Of a stretch of DNA of 64,000 nt, positions 1 to 8,712 are shown piece by piece. Under the pieces are notes generated by a model. It saw only the letters and a list, made by a program, of their open reading frames with translations. It ran no database searches and was not told the DNA's origin. Numbering within the stretch: the first letter of the stretch is position 1; the number at the start of each line of letters is the position of its first letter. Where the stretch lies: positions 14,558 through 78,557 of the forward strand of contig JBIOWE010000006.1 in the NCBI GenBank assembly GCA_044868145.1, given 5' to 3'. The position numbers were made by a program, and so were the translations under genes. This DNA comes from Patescibacteria group bacterium. Its GTDB lineage: Bacteria; Patescibacteriota; Patescibacteriia; UBA10025; JBIOWE01.

Positions 1-134
1 TCTAACTCCTTTTCGCGTGCGCGAGCTAATGCTTCGTTCGTGGCAACGATGCCAACTTGTTGGCCGGTTTCATCGATGAGCCGGACACGCGGGGCGCGTA
101 TCTGCTCGTTGACCCGAGGACGTTTTGTTTGAAT
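1..134 (-). CDS. infC: Translation initiation factor IF-3, N-terminal part (runs off the window); probable ATT start
   Basis: Manual minus-strand translation from 134: IQTKRPRVNEQIRAPRVRLIDETGQQVGIVATNEALARAREKEL, matching the IF3-N pattern (NE.IR...VRLI...G.Q.GI). Not in the ORF track; an ATT start is typical of infC. Confidence 0.9.
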   Translation of the reverse strand, partial: MQTKRPRVNEQIRAPRVRLIDETGQQVGIVATNEALARAREKEL

Positions 135-146
135 GGGTGTGAGGAG

Positions 147-407
147 TTAATGGTTAGACGAAAGGTACTGTCGTAACTGTTTTTTGAGAAATCTATGGCC
201 TGCGCCACTTTTTAGAAAGCGTTCTCTGCCTTTCGCGTCTTGCTTATGTAAATAACACTCTGAATATATGACGCGTAAATTCTTTCTGTTTTTTGTGGAA
301 ATGACATGTTTTGTTTGATGTTGCTCGATTCGCAGTTTGAGATTTGACGAGTACCCGATGTACCACTTTTTCTGTTCATCTTCTAAGAGATAGACCGTAT
401 AAAACAT
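147..407 (-). CDS. Small GIY-YIG nuclease family protein
   Basis: YTVYLL...WYIGYS..L..R..QH...A..RERFLKSG motif pattern. Confidence 0.9.
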   Translation of the reverse strand: MFYTVYLLEDEQKKWYIGYSSNLKLRIEQHQTKHVISTKNRKNLRVIYSECYLHKQDAKGRERFLKSGAGHRFLKKQLRQYLSSNH

Positions 408-419
408 TTATTATTATGT

Positions 420-553
420 GTCACGTAAAGTCGCCTGATCGGCGACCACGTGACTATACGTAAAGTTTATTGTTTGAAGGTTTCCTAGCGTGGTCTCGGA
501 TAGGTGGTTCCACCACGTGGTCACGAACAAAGTGAGTGACTTTACGTGGTGGA
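420..553. repeat. Inverted pair of REP-like units CACGTAAAGTC-loop-GACCACGTG between the GIY-YIG gene and the tmRNA 3' end
   Basis: Unit on + at 422-452 and on - at 514-548; TCCACCACGT (509-518) is the reverse complement of ACGTGGTGGA (544-553). Confidence 0.75.
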
Positions 554-943
554 GATGGCGGGTATTTCACCCGCGTCTAGATTTTCCGTATCAAAACATC
601 TACAAGCGTAGCGCATTTCAAGGTTTCAGGCAACAAGGTCAAAATGTGCAAAAGCCTCGCTACCCAATCCTTCGTTGTTTTCGGACGCGCCGGAAGGAAC
701 AGCGAGCCCTATCCTACTAATTTGACACCGAGGGTTCGGCTAGTAGGAGTCGCCGATCTCGATGGCTGAAGCGTTTTAGGCAACAGCGAGTGAAGGAACC
801 GCAAATGCATTCGCAAATGCTGTCTTCACTTTGTTCACAAATGATTTGGCATTTATGAGATTCTACGTTGGTTTTACGTCGCACCGTAGAGCGGACGGCT
901 TGCCGTTTTGACAAAGATCCTCTATCGATTATTGAGCATCCCC
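547..943 (-). ncRNA. ssrA: tmRNA
   Basis: 5' GGGGATG pairs with 3' CATCTCC-A-CCA including G3:U70; T-stem GCGGG/CCCGC; tag frame 850-776 encodes AKSFVNKVKTAFANAFAVPSLAVA*; directly downstream of smpB. Confidence 0.95.
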
Positions 944-947
944 AAGA

Positions 948-1100
948 TTTTCGAAAACTCCTTTTTTAAAAGTAGTTTTCGACGCTTTCCGCAAAAGTTT
1001 TTGTATCGCTCAGTTTGGGACCTTGTAACCCAAACTTCGCGATGGATTCTTTTTTCGGAAACCCTTTATTGAAAGTGTTTCCGAACCTTCGCAAAAAAGC
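948..1100. repeat. Two related imperfect palindromes between smpB and ssrA
   Basis: TCGAAAACT-ccttttttaaaagt-AGTTTTCGA and TTCGGAAAC-cctttattgaaagt-GTTTCCGAA, each followed by CGCAAAA. Confidence 0.55.
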
Positions 1101-1110
1101 ATTCAGGTGC

Positions 1111-1557
1111 CTACGTCTTTCCTCTCATTATTCGGCGTATTGCACGGTCGGTTTCGCGTTTTTTCAGAATCTGCCGTTTATCGAATTGCCGCCTGCCGCG
1201 GCACACGCCAACCTCGATTTTCACGAAACCGCCTTTAGTATAAACAGAAAGCGGGAGCACTGTCAACCCTTTCGCGTGGATTTTGCCGATCAGCGTGGCG
1301 ACCTGATGCTTCTTGAGAAGCAACTTCCGGTCACGGGTCGGGTCATAGAAAGACTGCAATGCCATGCGGTAGGGGGCAACGTGACCATTCAAAAGCCAAA
1401 GCTCACCGCCTTTTTGCACCACATAGCTGCCGGTTAAATTGACCTGGCCGCGTTTTGCCGACTTCACTTCTGGTCCCGTCAACACAATGCCAGCTTCGAA
1501 TTTTTCTAGAACGTCATAGTCGAACAGCGCCTTTTTATTTTTTACAATAAGTGTCAT
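1111..1557 (-). CDS. smpB: SsrA-binding protein
   Basis: NKKA.FDY...EAGIVL.G.EVKS, RKLLL, DKR motifs. Confidence 0.97.
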   Translation of the reverse strand: MTLIVKNKKALFDYDVLEKFEAGIVLTGPEVKSAKRGQVNLTGSYVVQKGGELWLLNGHVAPYRMALQSFYDPTRDRKLLLKKHQVATLIGKIHAKGLTVLPLSVYTKGGFVKIEVGVCRGRRQFDKRQILKKRETDRAIRRIMRGKT

Positions 1558-1621
1558 GTTCTGGCATTATATCATTTTGTGAAAACAAAAGCCTATCATT
1601 GTGATAGGCTTATTACTGGTC

Positions 1622-2068
1622 TTACCGACCAAAGTTGGATTCGCGAACACTCTTTCTCAGCTTCTCAGCCGCAGCGATAGTTTCGATAATGTACACACTG
1701 ATAAGGGAAGTGAAAATGTCTTTCACGAAACTTTGAAATCGAGCCGAGGCAATTGCTTTGTCGAGCGATTCAAGCCCCCTTGCTTGTTGAATCCGTACTG
1801 CTTGAAGTCGGCTATAACCACACACGATCGTCTCGAGTCCTTTTGTGTTGGTAACAGTCCCTTCGCATATGACCTCTATGTTATGCTCCAGAAAAATACC
1901 AGCCAGTAATGATGTCATCCGCTCAAAATCGAACTTATCGTTGCTCCATGTTGCCCATTTTTCTCCCCACTGCCGTGTCACTTGCTCAATCAATCCAGCA
2001 GGCATCCCAAATGCCTTTGTAAAAGATTTCTCGAGCAAAGAGAAAACCTCTTTATTTGAATGTGCCAT
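1622..2068 (-). CDS. Hypothetical protein
   Basis: 148 aa ORF with strong SD (GGAGGAGG) upstream. Confidence 0.7.
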   Translation of the reverse strand: MAHSNKEVFSLLEKSFTKAFGMPAGLIEQVTRQWGEKWATWSNDKFDFERMTSLLAGIFLEHNIEVICEGTVTNTKGLETIVCGYSRLQAVRIQQARGLESLDKAIASARFQSFVKDIFTSLISVYIIETIAAAEKLRKSVRESNFGR

Positions 2069-2347
2069 GGTTCCTCCTCCTTGTTTGTTTTGATATCCTA
2101 GCGCTGTTACTTTATTTTGTCAACCCATTGAGAATCTCTCTGTTGTAGAGCGATTGTGCATAGAAAGCTTGACGCGGCCAGATGATAGATGCTAAGATTC
2201 TCTATTGGTTTTGAACGTTGAAAATTCATCAATTAGCGCTAGAAAAGGAGGTGAATGTGAGTAGTAGCGGAGTGCTATACTGTTGATTTTCTAAACCCGT
2301 ATAAACAAGCAACAGCAGAACTGAAAAAGTTCAGGAGGTTCAAAGAA

Positions 2348-3937
2348 ATGAAGAAAGTCATTATTGATGGCAACAGTTTAACAATCGAAGATGTTGTACT
2401 GGTTGCCAGAGGAAGCGTAGAAGATGGGGAGCATAGGTGCCCACATGTAGAAATTTCTGAAGAGGCAAAGAAGAAAGTGAAAGATTCTCGGGCCGTGGTC
2501 GACCATATTGTCGAACAAGGGCTCGTCCGATACGGTATTACGACTGGCTTTGGTCAATTCCAAAATTCAAAAATACTGACTCCCGAAGACGCTGAGTTGC
2601 TTCAAAGGAATATTGCTCTAAGTCATTCTGCCGGCGTCGGGGATTTGTTCCCAATCGAGATTGTCCGTGCAATTATGTTTTTGCGCGCTAACACTCTTGC
2701 GAAGGGATATTCTGGTGTTCGGTTGGAAACATTACAGCTTTTGATTGATATGCTCAACAAAGGCATCTATCCTGTGATACCAGAGCAGGGATCTGTCGGC
2801 GCGAGTGGCGACTTGGCTCCGCTGGCACACATGACAGCCAGCATGATTGGCCACGGATCAGCCGTGTTTGGGGGAGAGGTTTACAATAGCGCTGATGCGT
2901 TGAGGAAGGTCGGTCTTGAACCCATTGTGTTAAGCTACAAAGAAGGACTGGCTTTAACGAATGGGACACAAGTCATGACCGCCATAGGTGTACTTGCGTA
3001 TCATGATGCATGTCGATTGGTAACCACAGCGGACATTGCCCTATCTCTAACGGTGCAAGCTGTCTTAGGCCATACATCTCCCTTCATGGAGTTTATTCAC
3101 GAAGCTCGTCCGTATCCCGGTCAGCAAAAGGCTGCAAAAAACATGCGTCAGCTGTGTGAGGGGAGCATGGTGCTTAATCTTTCTGAAAATCAGGCCCCGG
3201 AAAAACGCAAGGAATCAGTGCAAAATTCCTATTCCATCCGGTGCGCTCCTCAAGTTCATGGTGCTGCGTGGACCAACCTATCATTCATTCGTCAGGTTTT
3301 GGAAATCGAAATTAATTCAGCCACTGATAACCCGTTGATATCCATCGAGTTAGGCGATTCTTTTTCGGGCGGCAACTTTCATGGTCAGCCGATCAGTCAG
3401 GTAATGGATTTTTTAAAAATTACCATGGCGGAGATTGGCAGCATTTCCGAACGGAGAACGTTCAAGCTCATTGACGAGAATCATAACGGTGGCTTGCCAG
3501 AATGTTTGATAGAGCCGAAAGGTAAAAGTGGGCTCAACTCCGGTTTTATGATCGCTCAGTATACTGCAGCTGCTCTAGTTTCTGAGAATAAAGTGTTATG
3601 TCACCCCGCGAGTGTTGACTCGATCCCTACTGCGTCTGATTCAGAGGATCATGTGAGCATGGGGCCCGTTGCTGCTCGGCAGGCCCGAGAGATTATCGGG
3701 AACGTGACGAACGTTCTTGCGATTGAGTTTTTATGCGCCTGTCAGGCAATGGATCTCAGAATAAAAACCGGTTTTAAGGACTTTTCGGGAGCTGCCATGA
3801 AGATACGCGATGAAGTCCGCAAGTTTGTGCCATATCTCGAGCAAGATGAGATGCTATCAGACAAAATCAGTGCTGTAAGAAAACTGATTAGTTCCAATAA
3901 AATCATCGAAGCGGTAAAAGAGTACATTGAATTCTAG
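2348..3937 (+). CDS. hutH: Histidine ammonia-lyase
   Basis: YGITTGFG, MIO-forming GASGDLAPL, LSH His-specificity residues, NSATDNP, GGNFHG, EDHVSMG. Confidence 0.95.
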   Translation: MKKVIIDGNSLTIEDVVLVARGSVEDGEHRCPHVEISEEAKKKVKDSRAVVDHIVEQGLVRYGITTGFGQFQNSKILTPEDAELLQRNIALSHSAGVGDLFPIEIVRAIMFLRANTLAKGYSGVRLETLQLLIDMLNKGIYPVIPEQGSVGASGDLAPLAHMTASMIGHGSAVFGGEVYNSADALRKVGLEPIVLSYKEGLALTNGTQVMTAIGVLAYHDACRLVTTADIALSLTVQAVLGHTSPFMEFIHEARPYPGQQKAAKNMRQLCEGSMVLNLSENQAPEKRKESVQNSYSIRCAPQVHGAAWTNLSFIRQVLEIEINSATDNPLISIELGDSFSGGNFHGQPISQVMDFLKITMAEIGSISERRTFKLIDENHNGGLPECLIEPKGKSGLNSGFMIAQYTAAALVSENKVLCHPASVDSIPTASDSEDHVSMGPVAARQAREIIGNVTNVLAIEFLCACQAMDLRIKTGFKDFSGAAMKIRDEVRKFVPYLEQDEMLSDKISAVRKLISSNKIIEAVKEYIEF

Positions 3938-3949
3938 CCACATAAAATT

Positions 3950-4023
3950 GGAGGCGTAGTGCTAGTGGCCCAGCACGGTTGGTTGTGGCCCAACAAACAC
4001 GGGTTCGAATCCCGTCGCCTCTA
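3950..4023 (+). tRNA. tRNA-His(GTG), non-canonical: no G-1, G1:U72, discriminator A73, CCA not encoded
   Basis: Cloverleaf GGAGGCG/CGCCTCT-A; D-stem GTGC/GCAC; anticodon arm GTTGG-TTGTGGC-CCAAC; T arm ACGGG-TTCGAAT-CCCGT. Confidence 0.93.
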
Positions 4024-4052
4024 ATATTTACTACCAGAGGAGGTGGTACGTA

Positions 4053-5453
4053 GTGAATCAAGAAAAACAAGATAGAATACAGCCGAAGATCTTGCGTGGA
4101 ATGAGGGATTATCTCCCAAGCCAAATGATGGCTCGACAGGGCATGATCGCAACGATACGATCGGTGTATGAACTGTACGGATTTGTTCCGCTCGATACAC
4201 CAGCGATAGAATGGTTGCCAGTACTCACCGGCCAATACGGAGGACAAACAGACATGGACATCTTTACGTTGAAAGATCCAGATGGAGAGCCTGCGGCGCT
4301 CCGGTTTGATCTCACTGTTCCTCTGGCGCGCGTGGTGGCAATGTATCCTGACTTGCCTCGTCCATTCAAACGGTATCATGTTGCGCCCGTGTGGCGAGCT
4401 GACAAGCCAGCCCCTGGACGTTTCCGAGAATTTCTGCAATTTGACGCAGACATCGTCGGTACATCGTCCATGGCTGCGGACACCGAGATCATAGCGATCA
4501 TGTATGATACACTCAGCGCACTTGGCGTTCAACGGTTTATCATTCGTTTCAGCAATAGGAAAGTACTGAATCGTTTGATACAAAAAGCTGGCATTGATCC
4601 TTTCTTCGCGGTTGATGTTTTCCGCATCCTCGATAAGGTCGAAAAACTTAGCCTTGATGGTGTAAAGGAAGAGTTAATGCGACAGGGTGAACCCGGAGTT
4701 GACCAGCGAGAAATTGTTGCGAGTGCACGTTGCCTTGGTTTACCTGAGTCATCCGCCGATACAGTGTTGAATTTTTTGAAGATCCGCGGTAACAATGACG
4801 AAGTTCTGAAGCAGCTAAGCGAGTTCTTTGATGATCTTGCGGGCGCTCGGGAAGGGATACAGGAGCTCGCGGCAATCTTACAGGGCCTTCGGTCCCTGGA
4901 GATTCCAGAAGATCGATACACCATCGATCTGTCAATTGCACGTGGCCTTCTTTACTACACCGGACCGGTGTTTGAAACGTCATTACTGGACGCGGAACGA
5001 TTTGGAAGCGTATTCTCAGGCGGGAGGTTCGATCGTCTGATTGGACGATTCCTCGGCGAAGACGTGCCAGCAACGGGGGCATCAATCGGTGTTGATCGAT
5101 TATTGGCAGCGCTCGAGGCACTGGATCTCATCAAATCGCAGCCCACGCCTGCGCAAGTGCTTGTGACGATTCTTGACTGGAATCGCATGAACGACTACCT
5201 GCAGATTGTTGGAGAGATCCGACGCGCAGGCATTCCCGCGGAACTCTATATGGGCGAAAAGGCACCTATTGGTAAGCAATTACAATATGCCAATCGACAG
5301 AGTATCCCGCTGGCAGTTATCGCGGGTCCAAAAGAGTTCACGGCAGGAACGGTTACCGTGAAAGAACTCTTACGAGCTCTGGAGGATACATCGAAACAAA
5401 CATCTATTGAAAGAAAACAGCTCATTCCCTTTATTAGGCAGATGCTCTCTTAA
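4053..5453 (+). CDS. hisS: Histidine--tRNA ligase (alphaproteobacterial/eukaryote-like type)
   Basis: RGMRDY, LRFDLTVPLAR, WRADKPAPGRFREFLQFDAD, ARGLLYYTG, GGRFD; GTG start with AGGAGG SD. Confidence 0.96.
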   Translation: MNQEKQDRIQPKILRGMRDYLPSQMMARQGMIATIRSVYELYGFVPLDTPAIEWLPVLTGQYGGQTDMDIFTLKDPDGEPAALRFDLTVPLARVVAMYPDLPRPFKRYHVAPVWRADKPAPGRFREFLQFDADIVGTSSMAADTEIIAIMYDTLSALGVQRFIIRFSNRKVLNRLIQKAGIDPFFAVDVFRILDKVEKLSLDGVKEELMRQGEPGVDQREIVASARCLGLPESSADTVLNFLKIRGNNDEVLKQLSEFFDDLAGAREGIQELAAILQGLRSLEIPEDRYTIDLSIARGLLYYTGPVFETSLLDAERFGSVFSGGRFDRLIGRFLGEDVPATGASIGVDRLLAALEALDLIKSQPTPAQVLVTILDWNRMNDYLQIVGEIRRAGIPAELYMGEKAPIGKQLQYANRQSIPLAVIAGPKEFTAGTVTVKELLRALEDTSKQTSIERKQLIPFIRQMLS

Positions 5454-5466
5454 TAAGAAAGCACCT

Positions 5467-5499
5467 AAAGTCACAGATCAAAATGGTCTGTGACTTTTT
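5467..5499 (+). terminator. Intrinsic terminator after hisS
   Basis: AAAGTCACAGATCA-aaa-TGGTCTGTGACTTTTT. Confidence 0.8.
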
Positions 5500-5532
5500 A
5501 TTTCTCGTGACATTTGGAAGACAGGCAATGCC

Positions 5533-5578
5533 TTATCCACACGATGAACTTGACAAGTTACTCTGGACACTGTAAAGT
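5533..5578 (+). promoter_or_regulatory. DnaA box plus sigma70 promoter upstream of the T-box
   Basis: TTATCCACA 5533-5541; TTGACA 5550-5555, 17 nt spacer, TAAAGT 5573-5578. Confidence 0.65.
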
Positions 5579-5607
5579 TGGGATTACTCTTTTAAAACAT
5601 TTGTACA

Positions 5608-5886
5608 AATGCGCTAACATAAGGGAAAAGTAGATGGCGCGGTAGATCATGAGCGAGCCTATGGCAGTGCGAGATAGGCGTTCTACGGCTTTCGAACACA
5701 CCCTTAAAGCAGCTTTGGTCAAAACCAGAGACGGTGGTCACTCCATCGTGAACCTTGAACGAAGTGCCTGGATGTTGCATGAATAGCAAAGTCCGGGAAG
5801 AAGGATGGGACCGCGGGATTAGACTCTCGTTCCTTCATGCAGTACCTTTCTATAGGTAGTGCTTTGGGGACGGGAGTTTTTATTTA
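5608..5886 (+). promoter_or_regulatory. T-box riboswitch with His (CAC) specifier
   Basis: Stem I AAGGG-AAAAGTAG...GAA-CAC-A-CCCTT (CAC 5697-5699); antiterminator AAGGA-TGGGACC-GCGGG...CTCGT-TCCTT (5801-5835); overlapping terminator GACTCTCGTTCC...GGGACGGGAGTTTTT. Confidence 0.88.
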
Positions 5887-5928
5887 CTCTTGACATACTA
5901 CATTATACTTCTGCTAGAAATAATTCTT

Positions 5929-6708
5929 ATGGAAAAACTGCAACCACACTTAAAAATCAAACAAGGCGATATCGGTCCTTACGTTTTGCTGCCCGGCGAT
6001 CCTGGTCGCATCAAGCGCATTGTGAAGTATTGGGATGAAGCGAAAGAAATTGTGTTTAATCGTGAGTTCTTGACGTACACTGGCATGTACAAAGGTATAC
6101 CCATTTCGGCGACGTCAACCGGAATCGGTTCACCATCCGCAGCCATTGCGGTTGAAGAACTTTCGAACGTCGGTGCTAAGGTTTTTATTCGCGTTGGCAC
6201 GTGCGGTGCTTTGAAAAAAGAAATTCAGCCTGGCAACCTCATCATTCCTTCTCGAGCGCTGCGAAATGAGGGTACGACACCAGAATATGTTGAATCAGGA
6301 TTTGATGCCGTTCCCGCACCGGAGGTATTTGATGCATTACAGCAAGCCGCGAAAGAGCTGGGCAAGGTGTATTTTGTTGGTGTGAACAGAACGCACGACG
6401 CGTTTTATGAACCAGCACAGAATTTCTTAAGACTCACGGAAATTCCAGAATATAAGAGCGGAGTATTGGTCAGTTCTGAAATGGAATGTTCGACAGTTTT
6501 TGTCACCGCACGACTGCGCGGTTTGAAAGCCGGTGCCGTACTTGCTGTAAACACATCTGAACCGTTGGAAGAGATCGCGAAAAATCCGGATCTGATTTAT
6601 CATCTCGAGACTTCGCCAAAAGCTGATGACGGAATTGATGCCACCATTCAAGTAGCATTGAAAGCGATTGAAGAATTAGAAAAGAAATTGCAATTGAGAA
6701 AAAAATAA
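5929..6708 (+). CDS. udp: Uridine/nucleoside phosphorylase (PNP_UDP_1 family)
   Basis: LLPGDPGR, NREF, STGIGSPSA.IAVEEL, IRVGTCG, R.EGT, EME. Confidence 0.88.
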   Translation: MEKLQPHLKIKQGDIGPYVLLPGDPGRIKRIVKYWDEAKEIVFNREFLTYTGMYKGIPISATSTGIGSPSAAIAVEELSNVGAKVFIRVGTCGALKKEIQPGNLIIPSRALRNEGTTPEYVESGFDAVPAPEVFDALQQAAKELGKVYFVGVNRTHDAFYEPAQNFLRLTEIPEYKSGVLVSSEMECSTVFVTARLRGLKAGAVLAVNTSEPLEEIAKNPDLIYHLETSPKADDGIDATIQVALKAIEELEKKLQLRKK

Positions 6709-6748
6709 GAAAACGTCGAATTGTTCTTTAACAATTTAAAACCAGAAA

Positions 6749-7594
6749 ATGGAGGAACACATGCAGAAGTACTTAATCCTTTCGGATTTAGATTTAACGC
6801 TCATTAACCGCCAGTACGAGCCAACAATACCTATTGATAGGATCCACGCGGTAGTACAGAGGTGCATTGATCGGGGAACAGTCCTTGGTCTTATCTCTGA
6901 CAGCTCACAAGTAACATTGGAGCGTTGGCAGACACGGTTTCGATTCAATGGGCCTATTATTGCAGAAAAAGGAGCTTATATCATTCTGCCCAATGGCAAT
7001 AAGATTATCACCAGTGACCAACGAGTCGACTGGCCAAAGCTGAAGCGCGATATGATGGAGGCATTGCGCCGAGGTTTCGAAGGCGACATGCAGGTTATCG
7101 AAGATGACTACCTGCGGATTTTGCAACAGGGTATCGCCAAACGGGATAATAAACGTGGCGTAATCATCATGAATAGAAGTCGGCAACATAGCATGAGTTT
7201 TCATGTGCGGATTTTTTATGGAGCGAGAGGGCTTGCGATGAACGGTCTCCTTTTTGAAAAAGGGGTCGAGATTGCTCGTCAGACGCTTGCCAAATCCGGG
7301 CTTCACCAGTTACATTTTGCCCCAAATCCAGCATACGAAATAGTCATCGTGAGCGATCCAGACGTCAACAAAGGGATCGCTATGCCGGTGCTTTTAAACC
7401 ATTATCCAAACCGTACCCTGGTTGTACTCGGTAATGACGCCGGTGAGCTACCCCTTCGACCGTACGCCCAGAAACTTTGCGCTGTGCAAAACGCCACGGA
7501 TGACTTGAAGGCAGTTGCTGATTATGTTGCTCGTAAGCCATACACGGCCGGCGCTCTTGAAATTCTCGAACACATCCACAAGAAAAAGGAGTAA
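6749..7594 (+). CDS. HAD-superfamily hydrolase (Cof/IIB-like)
   Basis: N-terminal SDLDLTL motif I, IIAEKGA, NKG, NA..DLKAVADYV. Confidence 0.75.
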   Translation: MEEHMQKYLILSDLDLTLINRQYEPTIPIDRIHAVVQRCIDRGTVLGLISDSSQVTLERWQTRFRFNGPIIAEKGAYIILPNGNKIITSDQRVDWPKLKRDMMEALRRGFEGDMQVIEDDYLRILQQGIAKRDNKRGVIIMNRSRQHSMSFHVRIFYGARGLAMNGLLFEKGVEIARQTLAKSGLHQLHFAPNPAYEIVIVSDPDVNKGIAMPVLLNHYPNRTLVVLGNDAGELPLRPYAQKLCAVQNATDDLKAVADYVARKPYTAGALEILEHIHKKKE

Positions 7595-7596
7595 TC

Positions 7597-8559
7597 ATGA
7601 AACCATATGTTGTGACTGAAGACGTTGTATTATTGATGGAACGATGGGCACGCCAAAGCGGATTCGTCCTTCCAAACGTAAAGTTTTTTCTGACGCTGCA
7701 AGATGCGCTCATTCGCTCGTTGCATTTTAGTTTCGAAGATGTCCTTTTCATTCGAGCACACGATATGCAGAGGAAGATGAGAGAGCTTGTCGACGTCTCG
7801 CCTAATGCATTTATTATTTCTGTTGACCAGATTTACAACAGCACGGCTTTTCATCTAGAAAGCAACCGCATTGCTGATGCCGCCACGCTGGAAATTCTCG
7901 GAGAAGCACAACGACCGGGTAGCCCAACGCTTGTTGAACAAATCAGACAGCTACCCAAGGGGCAGCCTATCACGCTTGTCGACGATGGATGTTTTTCAGG
8001 AGATACACTACTACGCATTTACGAGATGTGTAAGCAAGAAAGAGTGGTCGTAGCAAACATTGTTGTCGGCATCTTGATTGACCGACCGAATAACCATCTT
8101 GTTAAAGCGCACCAAGACGTTTCGCTCCATGCTGCATACGAATTTCCATCAGTGATTGATTGGGTATGCGAGCGTGACTTCTTCGTAGGCGTGCCACTGT
8201 CAGGTAGAACTGTTGGAAGAATCCAATCGGATGGTACGGTCGAACCATTATGTCCTGATGTAGCCTTACCGTATTGCTTGCCTTTCGGTGATCCAGTAAA
8301 GTGCGCATCCATTCCTCCTAAAAACGCTATCACGTTTTCCCAGCACTGTTTGCGTTTGAGCAGAGCTTTGTGGGAAGCTGTAGGTGAAGCGTCTGGCAAG
8401 CAAGTATTGGCGCACGACATCCAGAGGATTCCACGGGGGGTTACGCGTGATGACACACCATTTGTTACCATTTTGGACCAAGCCATAGAATTTTTGGAGG
8501 TAAAGTCCAAAAAACTGCACTGCAGCCACCGACCTTTCACCAAAAGCAGTAGGAAATAA
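7597..8559 (+). CDS. Phosphoribosyltransferase-like protein
   Basis: PRPP-binding-like motif ITLVDDGCFSGDT. Confidence 0.6.
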   Translation: MKPYVVTEDVVLLMERWARQSGFVLPNVKFFLTLQDALIRSLHFSFEDVLFIRAHDMQRKMRELVDVSPNAFIISVDQIYNSTAFHLESNRIADAATLEILGEAQRPGSPTLVEQIRQLPKGQPITLVDDGCFSGDTLLRIYEMCKQERVVVANIVVGILIDRPNNHLVKAHQDVSLHAAYEFPSVIDWVCERDFFVGVPLSGRTVGRIQSDGTVEPLCPDVALPYCLPFGDPVKCASIPPKNAITFSQHCLRLSRALWEAVGEASGKQVLAHDIQRIPRGVTRDDTPFVTILDQAIEFLEVKSKKLHCSHRPFTKSSRK

Positions 8560-8577
8560 CCCTACTGCTTTTTTCTT

Positions 8578-8680
8578 TGTCATTTCGACGACTAGAGGGA
8601 GGAAAAATCTCCAGATGAGGAGGTATTGGCAAGGAGATTTCTCGTCAGCCTCGACTTCTCTCGGCTTCCTCGAAATGACA
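8578..8680. repeat. TGTCAT...ATGACA palindromic element (REPIN/MITE-like)
   Basis: 11-bp perfect terminal inverted repeat TGTCATTTCGA/TCGAAATGACA; internal GAGGGAGGAARAATCTCC shared with 36378-36453. Confidence 0.8.
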
Positions 8681-8712
8681 ACAAGAGGGCCACGTTATGA
8701 TATAATTGAACC

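Noticed and set aside
717-914. 65-aa ORF, and the ORFs 490-720 and 1015-1437
   Set aside because: They overlap tmRNA or smpB and show no protein features.
2257-2286. Leader peptide MSSSGVLYC upstream of hutH
   Set aside because: It has an SD but no His codons or attenuator hairpin, so support is too weak.
5590-5886. 6S or SRP RNA (ACCTTGAAC, TCCGGGAAG words)
   Set aside because: The T-box specifier, antiterminator and terminator explain the region better.
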